Shown here one piece after another: positions 11,261 through 23,650 of a stretch of DNA of 64,000 bases; the stretch's first letter is position 1; every line of letters begins with the position of its first letter. A program made the position numbers and the translations under genes. Below the pieces are notes generated by a model that was not told the DNA's origin, did no database searches, and saw nothing but the letters and a program-made list of their open reading frames with translations. Origin of the DNA: Saccostrea echinata (taxonomy: Eukaryota); contig NW_026889758.1 in the NCBI RefSeq assembly GCF_033153115.1, forward strand, positions 28,086,001-28,150,000, given 5' to 3'.

Positions 11261-13646
11261 TTACAAATCATATATATCATTTCCTATAGTCGCTTCTCCG
11301 AAAAAGAGAACACAGGGTCTGGAATTCTTATCACACAGTTTCAACGGTGAATGGTTTTGGGGGTTGGCTTCTGAATCCCGCGGATCTTCAAAATAGATGG
11401 GGATAAGTCAATTAAATATTTGCTTCAATAAAATAGATAGATAAAGTGTCAAAATATTCCCAAAACTTCATAATTCCATAAAAAATGGAAAAAACATTCA
11501 TTTATTCACAGTTTTTAAAATAATTCATTTTATTATTTTTATTACAATATTAATGTTTTTTAAAATTATTCTGTATTTTTCATCAAGAAATAAAATCATG
11601 AAGTTTGTAAAACAAGTAAATTGTATAACTTGTTCAGAAATATATCGTATAAGTAACTTATTTTTTTTTCTGCAATTGATATAAAATACCTACAAAAAGG
11701 TTGTAGTTTTGCAGTTGTTGGTAAAATTGTAGGGTCTTCAAAAGATCATACAAGATATCATGCATTATATTCTTCTGGTCAAGGCGCAAAGTTTCTATAA
11801 GACGATTAAAATTTCTCCAAAATGCAGTTTTGTTTTTCTCATCTCCACGTGAATTCATTAAGATAGACCCTGATTTTAAAAGCTTCACCGATGACATTGT
11901 CACTTGCTGCTGATGGCGCATGAGTTTCATATGGAGAACCTGCATTTTTCTTTTAGCTAAAGAAATGACCGTAGGTGACAAAATGTGCTGACCGCCCCTT
12001 AGTGTTATTAGGTTTTCTGTTGTAGATAGTAATTTCTGGAAGAAAAAAAGTTTTGATACATATACCGGTTAAGGTTTTTTTTTATTGAAGTTTGGCTTTC
12101 ACTACAATAACGTGTGTGCCTTGATGACGTTACCTGAAGCTCCAGGCTTTTCGCCTCTAATTGAAGAATTTTTATCATTTGAGCTACGATGGCAGAAGAG
12201 TCGGCATTTGACATTGCACTGGAGTCTAAAAGATGTTCAGAAAAAAAAAGTTTGTTAGTTGAAATAATATGTAAAAAAAAAAAATAAATATCTACATTTA
12301 GCCATTGTTGACTACATTCACATATAATCCACCTACTGTTTGCATGTGTTCGTTCAAGGAATAGGCGGGCGACTTTCTCGTTCTGTCTTTGCTCCGGTTT
12401 GACCGATACCCAGCCTGCCAGCTCGGCATATTTACTCTCAGACATCAAACATTGCTGAGTTGTTGTGTTGTACTTTAAATACTGACAGTCTATGGATTTC
12501 GTCCGAATACACGTTTGAATGCATAATTTAAGACTTGGAATTCCGACCTTAGTTAATGATTTCACACGTGCCTTCTGAACGAGGACAGCTGAAAAAGAAA
12601 CGAAATTTTTATTGAAAAATATAGTGTTTAACTTCATTAAAAAAATAAATAAATAAAAGTGTATTTATGCTTTTTAATTCAAAGAAAGGGTACAAAATGA
12701 ACCCTTTATTTTCTATCCCATAATAAATCCATTACAAATGTAAATTTACTCTCTGCATCAGCATGGACGTAGGAACGGGCCGGGGGAAGCACCCCCTTTA
12801 ATTTTGCCGACATATAATTGTAGAAAACACAACTACTTTATGCTTATGTTCCTCAATAGTAACGTCTGTTGATTTTTTTTTTTTTTTTTGGGCGGGTTAA
12901 AGATTTTTTCCTTGGTAGTGCCCCCAAAACTGAAAATGTTTGATTGACCACCACCCCCCACCCTAACCACCACCAAATTAAAAAAAAAAGGAAATTGCTT
13001 CCTACGGGCCTGAACAGTTCTGAAGATATTATGGAGCGCAAGTGTTTGGTCCAAGCGCACGAAATGAGTGGCAAGTTTTGTCTTGATTTATGAACTCATT
13101 AAATTACTGTTTATAAAAAAACAATTAAGGTGAGTCCCGGGCCGGGACTCGGGGAACGTGGGGCCCTTGTCAAATAACTAAACCACATATATACTGTGCT
13201 GCTGAAATGATAATCCCAATATAGGCCTATACATGTATAAGAATGATTGATTTCGTACGTGTACGTGTACAGTGTCATTTGGAATGAAATGTACTGGAAG
13301 ATGTTCCATCATCATATATAGAACAGATCATATAATTATATAATAAACCTATCATATAAGGTTGCACTTATAACTGTATAATCTGTGCCATATATCTTTG
13401 TTACTTTAATTTATGCCCCGCTATTGGCAGAACTAAGTCTGAATTGATTAAAATAGCCTATAGATATGAAGAAGGTATTGACTGATTAATTAATACACAT
13501 AATAAGCCTAGCGTTAAATTGCTAATCGCTCTGACCTTTGTGGACCTAACCATCTCTGATTCTGAGAAAGCAGACACAAAGACCTCACCAGAATGGATTT
13601 CCTCGCAATTGAAAACTATTGATAATAGAAACATCACCCACTTCAT
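11261..13646 (-). CDS. Uncharacterised secreted protein B: signal peptide + PAN/Apple-like domain + helical region (about 290 aa), paralogue of gene A
   Basis: Exons 13646-13589 (MKWVMFLLSIVFNCEEIHS, phase-1 donor GTGAGG), 12588-12337 (CIQTCIRTKSIDCQYLKYNTTTQQCLMS), 12225-12134, 12035-11690, 11385-11261 (TAA, then AATAAA about 15 nt downstream). The frame of the last exon depends on which of two donors near 11690 is used. Confidence 0.75.
12762..13012. mobile_element. MITE, same family as the 9353-10728 host element (empty-site copy)
   Basis: CATGGACGTAGGAAC...TTCCTACGGGCCTG; flanks ATCAG/AACAG. Internal CCTCAATAGTAACGTCTG corresponds to the foldback insertion site. Confidence 0.7.
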
Positions 13647-13765
13647 TTTTCTCTGGAAAAAGTGCGTGTGACGTAATTTTCAGTCTTCTGGGGGTGACGT
13701 CAGGTTTTTTTTAAATATCGGGTTCGATGTGCAATATATTTGAGTCACGTGATAAAATTGCAGCC
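13647..13765. promoter_or_regulatory. Compact bidirectional promoter region between gene B and SNX6
   Basis: 119 bp between divergent ATGs. Contains TGACGTAA (13669-13676), TGACGTCA (13695-13702), and TGAGTCA (13741-13747) overlapping GTCACGTGAT (13744-13753). CpG-richer than the surroundings. Confidence 0.65.
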
Positions 13766-16700
13766 ATGATGGTGGGTGTCCACAACTTTTCGTGGCGTAT
13801 GCTTCCTGAAATTATTATTCTCGTGATTATTTTTGTTTGTCAGTAATATAAATGTCCCTGCTTTATTTTTTAGGACGGAATAGATGACAGCCCCGACCTT
13901 TTGGCGGGCGAAGGGGAAGACAAAGTAAGTAAAGATGCGCAAAATTGAAGTGTCACTCCCCCTCGTCAACCCGTTGTCGCTGAATATTGATGCGTTCACG
14001 TTTATGGACAGCAGTTTTAGCAAGAAATATGTTATGGGCGTATAAAGGGAAACTTAAGGGCATATATATATTTAATGATTACATTTTTATGCAAAACAGT
14101 GCATGAAAAAATACATTTTCTAAAATGTGTCGGTCTCCTGCAGAGCACATACAATAAAAGGGTTGGGGCTATAAAGCATTTTTTTTTGGTGACCAAATAG
14201 ATACTCCTATATAGGTCCCTGACAGCACAAAGATGATTTGTCATACACTTGCGACTTTTGTCTATTTCTAACAAAAAGAAGAAAAAAATCGAAAAACTGT
14301 AATGAAATAGCTTTATCAAGCTATTTTGAATTGCTCCATAAAGCTTAGATAGAATGTTCTATTATTAAAATGATATTGTCCTATGGACCCAGTTTAACAA
14401 TAGAATTTGTTCCGTGTATTGGCAATGTTGCAAAATAAACATGGGCAATAACTCGAACTCTGTGCATTTTCTGTGAACAATTCAGAGAGTTCCGAATGTC
14501 AACATGGCATTTAATTTTAAGCGAGGAAAAAACGTTGAGAAAATGAGTTGAATTTTCGTATTTATATGGATTATTTTTTAGGTTAAAAGGCATATACAAT
14601 CTCAAAAAGGTTTGTTATGATTAATTTGGTAGTTATTTTCAGTGCAACTCCTTTTGTATTCTTCAAAATCATTTCGGAGTGGATCCACTCCGATTTGCTA
14701 CATTGCAAGTATATGGAACGTATTCTAACTGTGGTGAGGGCTTGTCCCGAGACATAGTTAGATTATTCTAACTAAATAAAGCTGTAAAGCTAATTCAATC
14801 TAGATAGATAGCTAAACCAAGAGATTGTGCTGGACCTAATAACAGGTTGGGACTAATCTCTCAAATGGTATAGAATATCTCAAAAAGGTTATGACTTGAA
14901 CGAGTTGTAAGTAAATGTCTGGTATGGGCTACAGACTACAGTTTTTTGCAATCTGATTAAAATCAGATCCTTTGGTCCACTCACATAGATCGCTACACAA
15001 GGATCTGAAGAAACCCCATTCAGGGTCATCTCCTGGTGACCTTTCAATTATCCAATCAAACATTTGCTTGCAAGAATTTAGAAGTATCTCAGAATTCAGT
15101 TATGGAAGTGAAAGTCCCGATGATACACGAACGGAAAATCGTGACCTGGTTTCCGTAGCCTATCAAAAGAATGACCATAGTCTTTTCTGTACAGAAATAT
15201 ATTTAGTACTTGTTTTTGCCTTGTTTTTTAGCTCTTTGTTTTGTTCGAAACGGTAAGATCTTCTCCACAGCTACTTTCACTTCTACATTCATTTTCCTGA
15301 ATGTCGCTTACGTACGATCTCTCTGATTGGACAAAATTTTAATGAATATTTTTATTAGAAAGGTCACCAGGAGATGACCCTGAATAGGGTTTCTTCAGAT
15401 CTTTGTGTAGCGATCTATGTGAGTGGATCAAAGGATCTGATTTTAATCAGATTGCAGTTTTTTGTTTCTTTTTTATATCAGAGAAACAGAAAGACTTGAT
15501 TCTTCAGACAAGGACCAAGGAATTTTTTCAAGGGGGGGTCTACCCTCCTCCCCAGTCAAAAATTTCTAATTTTACTTTATATATATATAGGTTTTCTTTC
15601 CACAGCTAAACACACGATGTTTATTCCCGAGTTTCAATTTGTTCAAAATGCCATTAATTTAGAAATATGCATCGTGAAATTCACTTTTTCCCACCGTTTT
15701 AGCAAATTTCATATAAAATTGCTTATTTTCAAGCAGTTTTTTTTCCATAAAATATTGAGCTCAGACTTAAACAAACTTTATATTTTCACCAAAGATGTAT
15801 CTATCAAAAACCAATTACTGACAGAAAAAAATTGCTTGTTCAAAGCTGCACTCCATTTTTACCTTAGGAAAAAAGTCCAGAAAAAGGTACATTTTTGCCT
15901 TATTTTGATTGGGTGGAAAATCAGGTTCATTTACAGCCAGCTTGTGCATATAAATGAGGCCAATGTATAGAAAATACCTCTCATCTAAACTCTTCTACAA
16001 AATGAAAAAAATTAATATACCTTAATTAGGGGATAAGCCTCCTTTGCGAAACGATACGTATCATATAATTTTGACTCGGTTCGGTTATTTTCGATGCTAT
16101 ACATTTTGATAGAAGGAAGCAAAGTCAACGTTCTTTTTTGTTTTGTTTCACTTATTCAAGTCGCTTATTCTACGTGCAAATTGACTAGAAGAAATTGTTC
16201 GAATGAATTGGCTGTTAAAGATTATTTTACAAACTATCTTCTCAAAAATTTGTGTTTTTAAAATTTAATTATGCTGAGTAACGTGTTTTACCTATGCATA
16301 ACCTGACTGAATAACGATCCTGACTGAAAATTGAACTGAACTGAAAATGGGGGATTTTGCACCATGTATCAAACCTATGAAAAATACCACACTGTCTCCC
16401 CTACAATGACCAATGTAAAAGTGAAAGTTAGTAGAATCTCTACTTTATAGATACAAATATGAGTTATCTAATACGGTTAACCTTTGGTATCTTGAACACC
16501 AATATCTTGAATACCATGGCTATGTCAAAGTGATTTGGAAGTCCTAACCACTATTCTTTATGTATTTTACAAGTTGGATATCTCAAATCCTTGTATATCT
16601 ATAGTTTTTTCTTGGTTCCATTGAGTTTGAGATAATGAGGTTTGACTGTACTTGCAAACATTTTTTTTCTGAACAATTAGTTAAAATAATGCATGTGACA

Positions 16701-19700
16701 TGTCAGTCTCTTATATTGTAGGATAGAGCAGTGAGTGTTGATTTGTCAACAGATACTTCATTGCTTGTAGACATATCAGATGCTCTTAGTGAACGGGATA
16801 AAATAAAATTTACAGTGCACACAAAGGTAAATAGAATTCGTATATTACCGTATATACTCGCCTATAAGTCGGTTTTTTGGGAGTTAAACTTTGGTCCAAA
16901 AACCCCTGTCCGACTTATAGGCAAGTTATGAAAATATTGGTATAATAGCGGGTCAATCCCTTTAATGTTAGCTTAAAAAATACAACCGACTTATAGGCGG
17001 ACCGACTTATAGGCGAGTATATACGGTATGTAAACTTTAATAAACATTTTATAACATCCTGATGTGAAATATTTGTTAGAAAACTGATTTATTAGGAACT
17101 GCTTGGATATATTATTTTCTTACTTATGTATGTGTTTTATTAGACAACACAGTCAAGATTTAAAGAATCTGACTTCTCAGTTGTGAGGCAACATGAGGAA
17201 TTTGTGTGGTTACATGACAGATTTGTTGAAAATGAAGAATATGCCGGTATTATTGTAAGTATCTATAAACCAGGTTAAAGTGCTTCTTGTTGCATGTTTA
17301 ATTGTAACCCATTTTCATCTAATATTGTGTAATTTGTGAACTTTTTAAATTTTTGGCTTCTACTCCAGAATCAAAAGACCAATGTAAATCAAACTTGTCA
17401 CAAAACACTCATGTTAATCGAACTTGTCACAAAACATTCTTGAGTTATTGAGATTCAAATTTATTTATTTATTTATTTATTTTTTTGAAAAAGAAGCAAG
17501 TCCTTTCAGAGAGAGATATTTTAAGGAAAAGTAAAAATAAAGTAAGGTCATCTGAAAGTATATCTCTTCAGAACTACTGAGCCAGAAGTGACAAAATTTG
17601 AAAGGAAGCTACTGTATATTTTGTTCACTCTTTCTCTCTCTGCAAGCATAGGGCACATTGTCCAAGTTAAAACACACACACACTTATATATCAATTTGAC
17701 ACAGCATATTTACATTGTCATCAGCCCAATATTTCACTTGCAGATTCCACCAGCTCCACCGAAACCCGACTTTGAGGCTTCAAGAGAAAAATTACAAAAG
17801 CTTGGAGAAGGGGAGGGAACTATGACTAAAGAAGAATTCACAAAAATGAAACAGGAATTAGAAGCGTAAGAAAATAACAACACCTCATGATTTTCATTAT
17901 TTATTACCGTATAAGCAGAATTTTTTAGCGAGGATTCAATTTTGGTATTACATGTGTTAGCTATTGCTCTCAGATCGCTAAAATTGAATATCGCTAACAG
18001 TTTATTCCATTTCGGTTGTTATATAGTTATCTCTCTTGACATTATTAAATCACTAAAATTACTTCTCACTAAAAATACACATGTATATACCAATTTGGGG
18101 GATAAATTGCTAAATATAGCCTGAACCAATTTATGTTTTCATTCTATAGGGAGTACTTAGCTACATTTAAGAAGACTGTAGCAATGCATGAAGTGTTCTT
18201 ACAAAGAATTGCTGCTCATCCCCAGCTCAAGAATGATGTCAACTTTGAAGTATTTCTCTCATTTGACCAAGATGTGAGTTCATCCTACAGCACATTTGCC
18301 CTATTTTTATAATCCTCAATATTACACTCTCACTAAGATCACTTCTGTGCTCAATTTAAAATTGCTTAATGCATATTATTATGTCTTAATATCTTATATT
18401 TCATATATTTAATTTTGGCCTCATTTAGTTGAGTGTTAGAGGTAAAAACAAGAAAGAAAAGATTGGTGGATTTTTCAAAAGCATTACCAAAACTGCTGAT
18501 GAAGTACTTTTGGCAAACCAAAAGGTAAATATTTAAGAACTTTACTCAGATATATTTCTTTAAATTCAAAGCACAAAAAAAAATCCACAAATGTTACAAA
18601 TTCAAGGGAAATGGAATATTTTGACAGGATGTAGATGAGTTTTTTGAGTCTGAAAAAAGTTTCCTTGTTGAGTACCACAACAAAATAAAGGATGCAACAC
18701 ACAAAGCAGATAGAATGACTAAGTGCCATGGAGGTAATGGTCCATTTATTGTAGGAGTTGTGTAACTGTCCAGGTTTAGAGAGATTGAGGGGGAAAAGTA
18801 CCTTATTAATGAGCTAAATTTGCATTTTGTTAATCCTCAACCCTTCTTCCCTTCCCTCTTTGAATCTTGCATCATTAATTTTAAATTTCTAGGACAGAAT
18901 ATAAACTTCTCTGATTCTGTGACAAATGGAAACATCAACAGAAAAAAGATGGTTAATTTTGAAATAATTTTCTCTGTATTGTTGAGTAAATATATCATTC
19001 CATATGTATTTGGCATATTTGTAGATGTTGCAGATAATTATATCCAAATTTCCTCTGGTTTCGTACAGTTGGCGACAGTCGAAAATACTGAGTTGGACAA
19101 GTAAGTTTAGAAGTTAAAAAATTTATTACACTCAGCATGAGAAAGTCCTCCAGTAATTCTTTGATTTTTACCATTGAGTATTGAAGCTTGTATGTACAAG
19201 ACTAAAAATATATGAAAGACTTTGTCCATGCAATGATTAATAAACTTTTTCCTGTTTCCTGTTCAGAATATTTACAAGAGTTGCAGAGGCTCTGGAGAAA
19301 ACAAGGGTAGGTTTCTAACAGTGGAACAAAAGAACATGATCATTATATGTCTTCTCCTAGTGGAATGCTTATGGGTTTTTTTCCTTGGAATAAAGAATAA
19401 GCATTTCTTTATTCAAACTTTCAGAAATTGGAGGGTAGAGTGTCTACAGATGAGGACCTGAAGTTGAGTGACACTCTACGATATTACATGAGAGACTCTG
19501 CTGCAGCCAAAGATTTGCTCTACAGGAGAGCTAGAGCTCTAGCAGATTATGAAAATGCCAATAAGGCCTTGGAGAAAGCTCGGCTTAAAAATAAAGAGGT
19601 GGCACAGGTAGGATAATTTGTTGAATGAGCATGATTTTCATATCATTTCACTCAAAATATATGTATTTGCTAAAATTCATATTAATTTATAAACATATTG

Positions 19701-20810
19701 ATTACTGATTGATTAGTTTTGAAGGAATGTATATGTATGAAGAAAAAAGAAATAAACTTGAAATCAAATGTTCTTCAATTATTTTCTTAGTCTTTAGATA
19801 AAGACACCATTAATAATCAAATGTTACAAAATGTCATTTAGTCTAAAACATATAGATGTAATTTTGCACCCCCAGTATTCACCAGTTTTCTCATGTAACT
19901 ACAAGTTCATAAAGGACAGTTCTGATTAGAAAATGTAGTAATCAAAGACAATAATCAAACTAAATGTAGCTGTGCTATAAATGCAACACTCATGGTTTAC
20001 CCGAGGAAAAAAGGAGCAATAGTTGACAAACCAAAATCCATCCTTTATTTTTTCAAATTATTTGTCATTCATCAGTTGATTGTGCTCAACAACTGACATG
20101 ATTGATGTTTTGTTCTTTCTTTTCAGGCCGAGAGAACCCAGCAAATTGCTTGTGAGAGATTTGAGAAAATATCAGAAGTAGCTAAAAAGGGTAAAAAAAA
20201 AAAAAAAAACAACAACAGCCAACACTCTCTTAACATGTATTTTAAATACTAGTACAAGGAATCTCTTATTAAGTTTTCACTTTGAGTTTTCAAGGTACAC
20301 ACAATTACAAAGAGGATTAACCGATTCTGTATGTGGGATTTTGTTTGCATTTGCAGAATTAACTGAGTTTAAAACAAGAAGAATAGCATACTTCAAGAAA
20401 AACCTTGTAGATTTAGTAGAACTAGAACTGAAACATGCTAGGGTAAGTACTGTGATCATAATTTTCTTCACTGCTAAAAACTTCATTAATTTCTGAAGGA
20501 CTTTGTTTGTACATGTATTTAAGTCTTAGTATTGTACACTTATTTTAATAGGACTTGTACTTTGATGCAATCCTTAGTGCACTAATAATAATGCAATGCC
20601 AAATGCTGTAATTCTTGAATGTCCAAAACAGTATTTGCTAAATTGTGAATACACTTAAAGAAAAAAATTATATATTCACAAAGTTTACAATTGGAAAATG
20701 TCTGGTAAAAAAAAATCATTATTGTTTTTATGTAAATATGTTAACTTTCATTGCAGGCACAGACCCAGTTGTTAACTAACTGTATAAATGCTTTGAGGGA
20801 TGATGCATGA
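13766..20810 (+). CDS. SNX6: Sorting nexin 6 (SNX5/6/32 family PX-BAR protein), complete
   Basis: Exons: 13766-13771 (MM), 13874-13924 ([17 protein letters not shown]), 16722-16826 ([20 protein letters not shown]), ~17144-17254 ([13 protein letters not shown]), ~17744-17865 ([25 protein letters not shown]), then [92 protein letters not shown], and [17 protein letters not shown] (TGA 20808-20810). Candidate AATAAA at 21711. Confidence 0.96.
14401..14727. mobile_element. TA-flanked MITE in SNX6 intron 2
   Basis: Imperfect ~33-bp TIRs: TAGAATTTGTTCCGTGTATTGGCAATGTTGCAAA and TTTGCTACATTGCAAGTATATGGAACGTATTCTA. Confidence 0.65.
14949..15454. mobile_element. Mutator-like MITE, ~105-bp TIRs, 8-10-bp TSD
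   Basis: CAATCTGATTAAAATCAGATCC... is mirrored at the right end. CAGTTTTTTG directly flanks both ends (14939-14948 and 15455-15464). Confidence 0.85.
16474..16648. mobile_element. Tc1/mariner (pogo/Tigger-like) MITE, TA TSD
   Basis: TA|CGGTTAACCT...GAGGTTTGACTG|TA. Homologous copy at 26375-26553. Confidence 0.65.
16848..17026. mobile_element. Tc1/mariner-type MITE, TA TSD
   Basis: Perfect TIRs CCGTATATACTCGCCTATAAGTCGG / CCGACTTATAGGCGAGTATATACGG, flanked by TA, with internal CCGACTTATAGGC repeats. Confidence 0.9.
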
Positions 20811-22929
20811 TTCTATTTTGTATCTGTGATAATTAAATGCCATTTTACAATCACAAGTCATGGGCCAACATACCAAGGGTTGTAAGTTAGCGGAGATCGA
20901 CCAATCACAGTCACTCACTAGGGGATGACATCACAGATTGATCATTTTCAGGGTGAATGATGCATCAACATTATTTTTACTCATTTAGTTATTAGCTGTA
21001 CACCATTTGTATATAGTGTTTGTACATATAAGTTTGTTGGTGTATTTTTAATTATGTCTACCATCTTTTCTTTCAAGACTTTTTTTATTGTATGAAATCA
21101 GTCATGAATGATGAGAAGGATTAAGTGATATATGCAGGAAAACGAGAGAAATAAGTTAAAAGGGTTAAGCAACATTTATTTTTTATTTGGATATTGTGTT
21201 TAATTTATATGATTAGCCAAACTATATACATATACAATTTAAACATGTAGCTTTTGATGCATTGTTCTTTAGCATTTATACATTTAATAATTTTCTAAAT
21301 TTATCAACATGGTGAAGTGTCAGTTTTGATGTTTCAGTTGAAAATGTATAGCATTCCATTGTACAAAATCTTCATTTTGAAATGCAGTCGCTTAACTCTG
21401 GTATATTTTTTCTTAAGCCTTATTAGAGTGAAAAACTCTTTCAAGATTAAATGTTCTCTTGTTATTTTTATGATGTACTTTATTGTGGTTATTTTCTGGT
21501 GGTAAAATACTCTTATTTTTTTGCAGTCAGATCTTTTTTGTATCCCTAGACCATTATACCTGTAGTGTAAGGTGTACCTAATTTTGATGTTTGATGCAGT
21601 TTGGGCCATTCAGTGTTTTACTAATTCATTCATGTTCTGAACAAACCATTTCTGTCAATTAAAACAAATGTGATATTCAGTGCTATTGCATTCTCTGTAA
21701 ATTATGTGATAATAAATTGTTACTAGTCTGAAAAAAGTAGTAAAGAATTTTCTTTATATTTTCGCAACTTTCAACTATTTTGCAGTGCACCATGTAAGCC
21801 ATCTTCGCAAGCAAAGTGTTTCTGGTCTGAATTATACAAGTTGTAGAATTCAAATTGGAAACCTTTGGCTTGTGAAATGCATATAAGCATTTGTTAGTAA
21901 ATTATGCATTAATGAGTGTTTTACATACTTATGAACAAAAATATTTATAATGTACATGGTAAATTTGGTACTTGCAATATCTTTCTCTGTAATTTTTGAG
22001 TTATTATTGGATTCAACACCGCTTCCAAATTTAAACACACCCAACCCCCAAGAATATATCAGTTTTGTTTCTTTTGTCCATACTCCATTGGAGCAAGAAA
22101 AAAAAAGTAAAAAGTAAATTTTTATGGATCTTCTACAATAAGGGATGTTTTTCACATAGTGAAGTGTATTTCTTATACAAAAAGATAGGGTGATTTGAAA
22201 TGAATACAGTGATGGGGAAAATAAAATTAATTTACATAGCTTGTATTTTTATTTTTTTTTTTGGTTGTAAAAAGGATTTTTAACAATTTCAGTGATTGTG
22301 ATGTAAAAGCACTGAGGACTCAAAGTTGATGTCCCTTGCATATGTACTTTAAAATGAATTTGTACAGTGTAGCATTTCATGATTTCTTTCTCCATTCCAC
22401 TGAGAGAATGGTTCCTGAAGTGCTTTACTGCCTCATGTGAATGGTGAGCAAATGGAAAGAAAACACTGTACATGTAAGCTGAACAAATGATAAGCATAGC
22501 CGATCGAGTACAAATACTGACCAAATACAAACACTGAATGAATGATTCTTGGAATGCATTAATGCATTTAAACAGAAAGACTAAATGGTCAGCAGAATAC
22601 CAATATTCAAATGAAGAGTGAACACTTGTTATACATTGAAGTGCTGAGTTTCTGAAAGCATCAAAAAGGGAATCGAGAGTTAATGATGAGTGAACACAAA
22701 AGGGGTCAAATGGAAAGTTTCATGGACTGTAAAAGGGAACTTATAGAAAAAAGCTTTTAAGAGGGTCCATGTTTCCTAGGGGTCCAAGGTCAAATTTGTT
22801 ACTTACATAGAATTTCAATGTACATTTTCATTGCCTTCAATAACACAAAGCTGGTTGATTTGAATTATTTTATGATGAATAAATTTATCCTTTATCCTCA
22901 ATACTAAAATTATAGTTGTTGAAAGTGAA

Positions 22930-23650
22930 GTCTACCGTCTGGGACAAATCTGTTGATAAGAAAAACCCTCAACTACATCCTATTTGGTAGAAACCTCTGG
23001 TGTTGTCTGGGAGAAATACTTTGGTACTATCTAGTAGAAACCTTCCTGATACTATCTTGTAAAAACCCTGTGGTAAAATCTGGTAGAAAATCTCATATAT
23101 GTGTATACTATCTAGTTAATAAAAGAAACCCTGTGGTGCTATTTTATAGAAAATCTCTGGTACTATCTGGTAAAGACCCTCCAACAGTAATTGAACAAAA
23201 CCAGCTAATAATAAGTGAAACACAGCTTGTAACTGAGAGCAACTACATGTATTAGGATGTAACTAGTAATCTTCTGGTAGTATCTAGGTGAACATTCCCA
23301 GGGCTAATGTTATTATCAGATGTCTCAGTCAACAGAAATATTTTTGTCCCCCTCTTTCACGAAAGTGAAGGGAAAATTTATTAAATCTCATTTGTCAGTC
23401 AATATGTCATAAATAATTGTACCTCCATCAAAATACTTTGACACCAAAAGCAAGTGAACCACAGTTCTTTGAATTTGCTTGTTGTACTGCTGGTAAAGCC
23501 ATTGATAATAACTGGGAGAAAAAAATCTTCCCAAAAATAATAGAAACCCCTTGCATCCCATAGATACTCTTTGGTGGTTTTATATAATAAAATCCTCTTT
23601 TTAGTATCTAAGAAAACTCTTGTAGTAACTGGGCAAAGACCTTTTTCTGC
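22930..23650. repeat. Degenerate ~24-bp minisatellite (TATCTGGTAGAAACCCTCTGGTAC-like) between the convergent SNX6 and CCDC175-like 3' ends
   Basis: Recurring AGAAACCCT/CTGGTA units at 22930-23290 and 23500-23650. Confidence 0.6.

Noticed and set aside
11345-11385. Alternative frame of the gene B last exon giving IRGIQKPTPKTIHR*, echoing QKPTPK in gene A
   Set aside because: It needs the weaker TTT|GTAGGT donor and the match is only 6 residues at a non-equivalent position. Left unresolved and not used in the model.
15617-15970. 117-aa ORF in SNX6 intron 2, and similar F/I/K/L-rich ORFs at 21317-23659 and 47146-47491
   Set aside because: Composition is typical of chance ORFs in AT-rich DNA, with no splice-compatible context or family motif.
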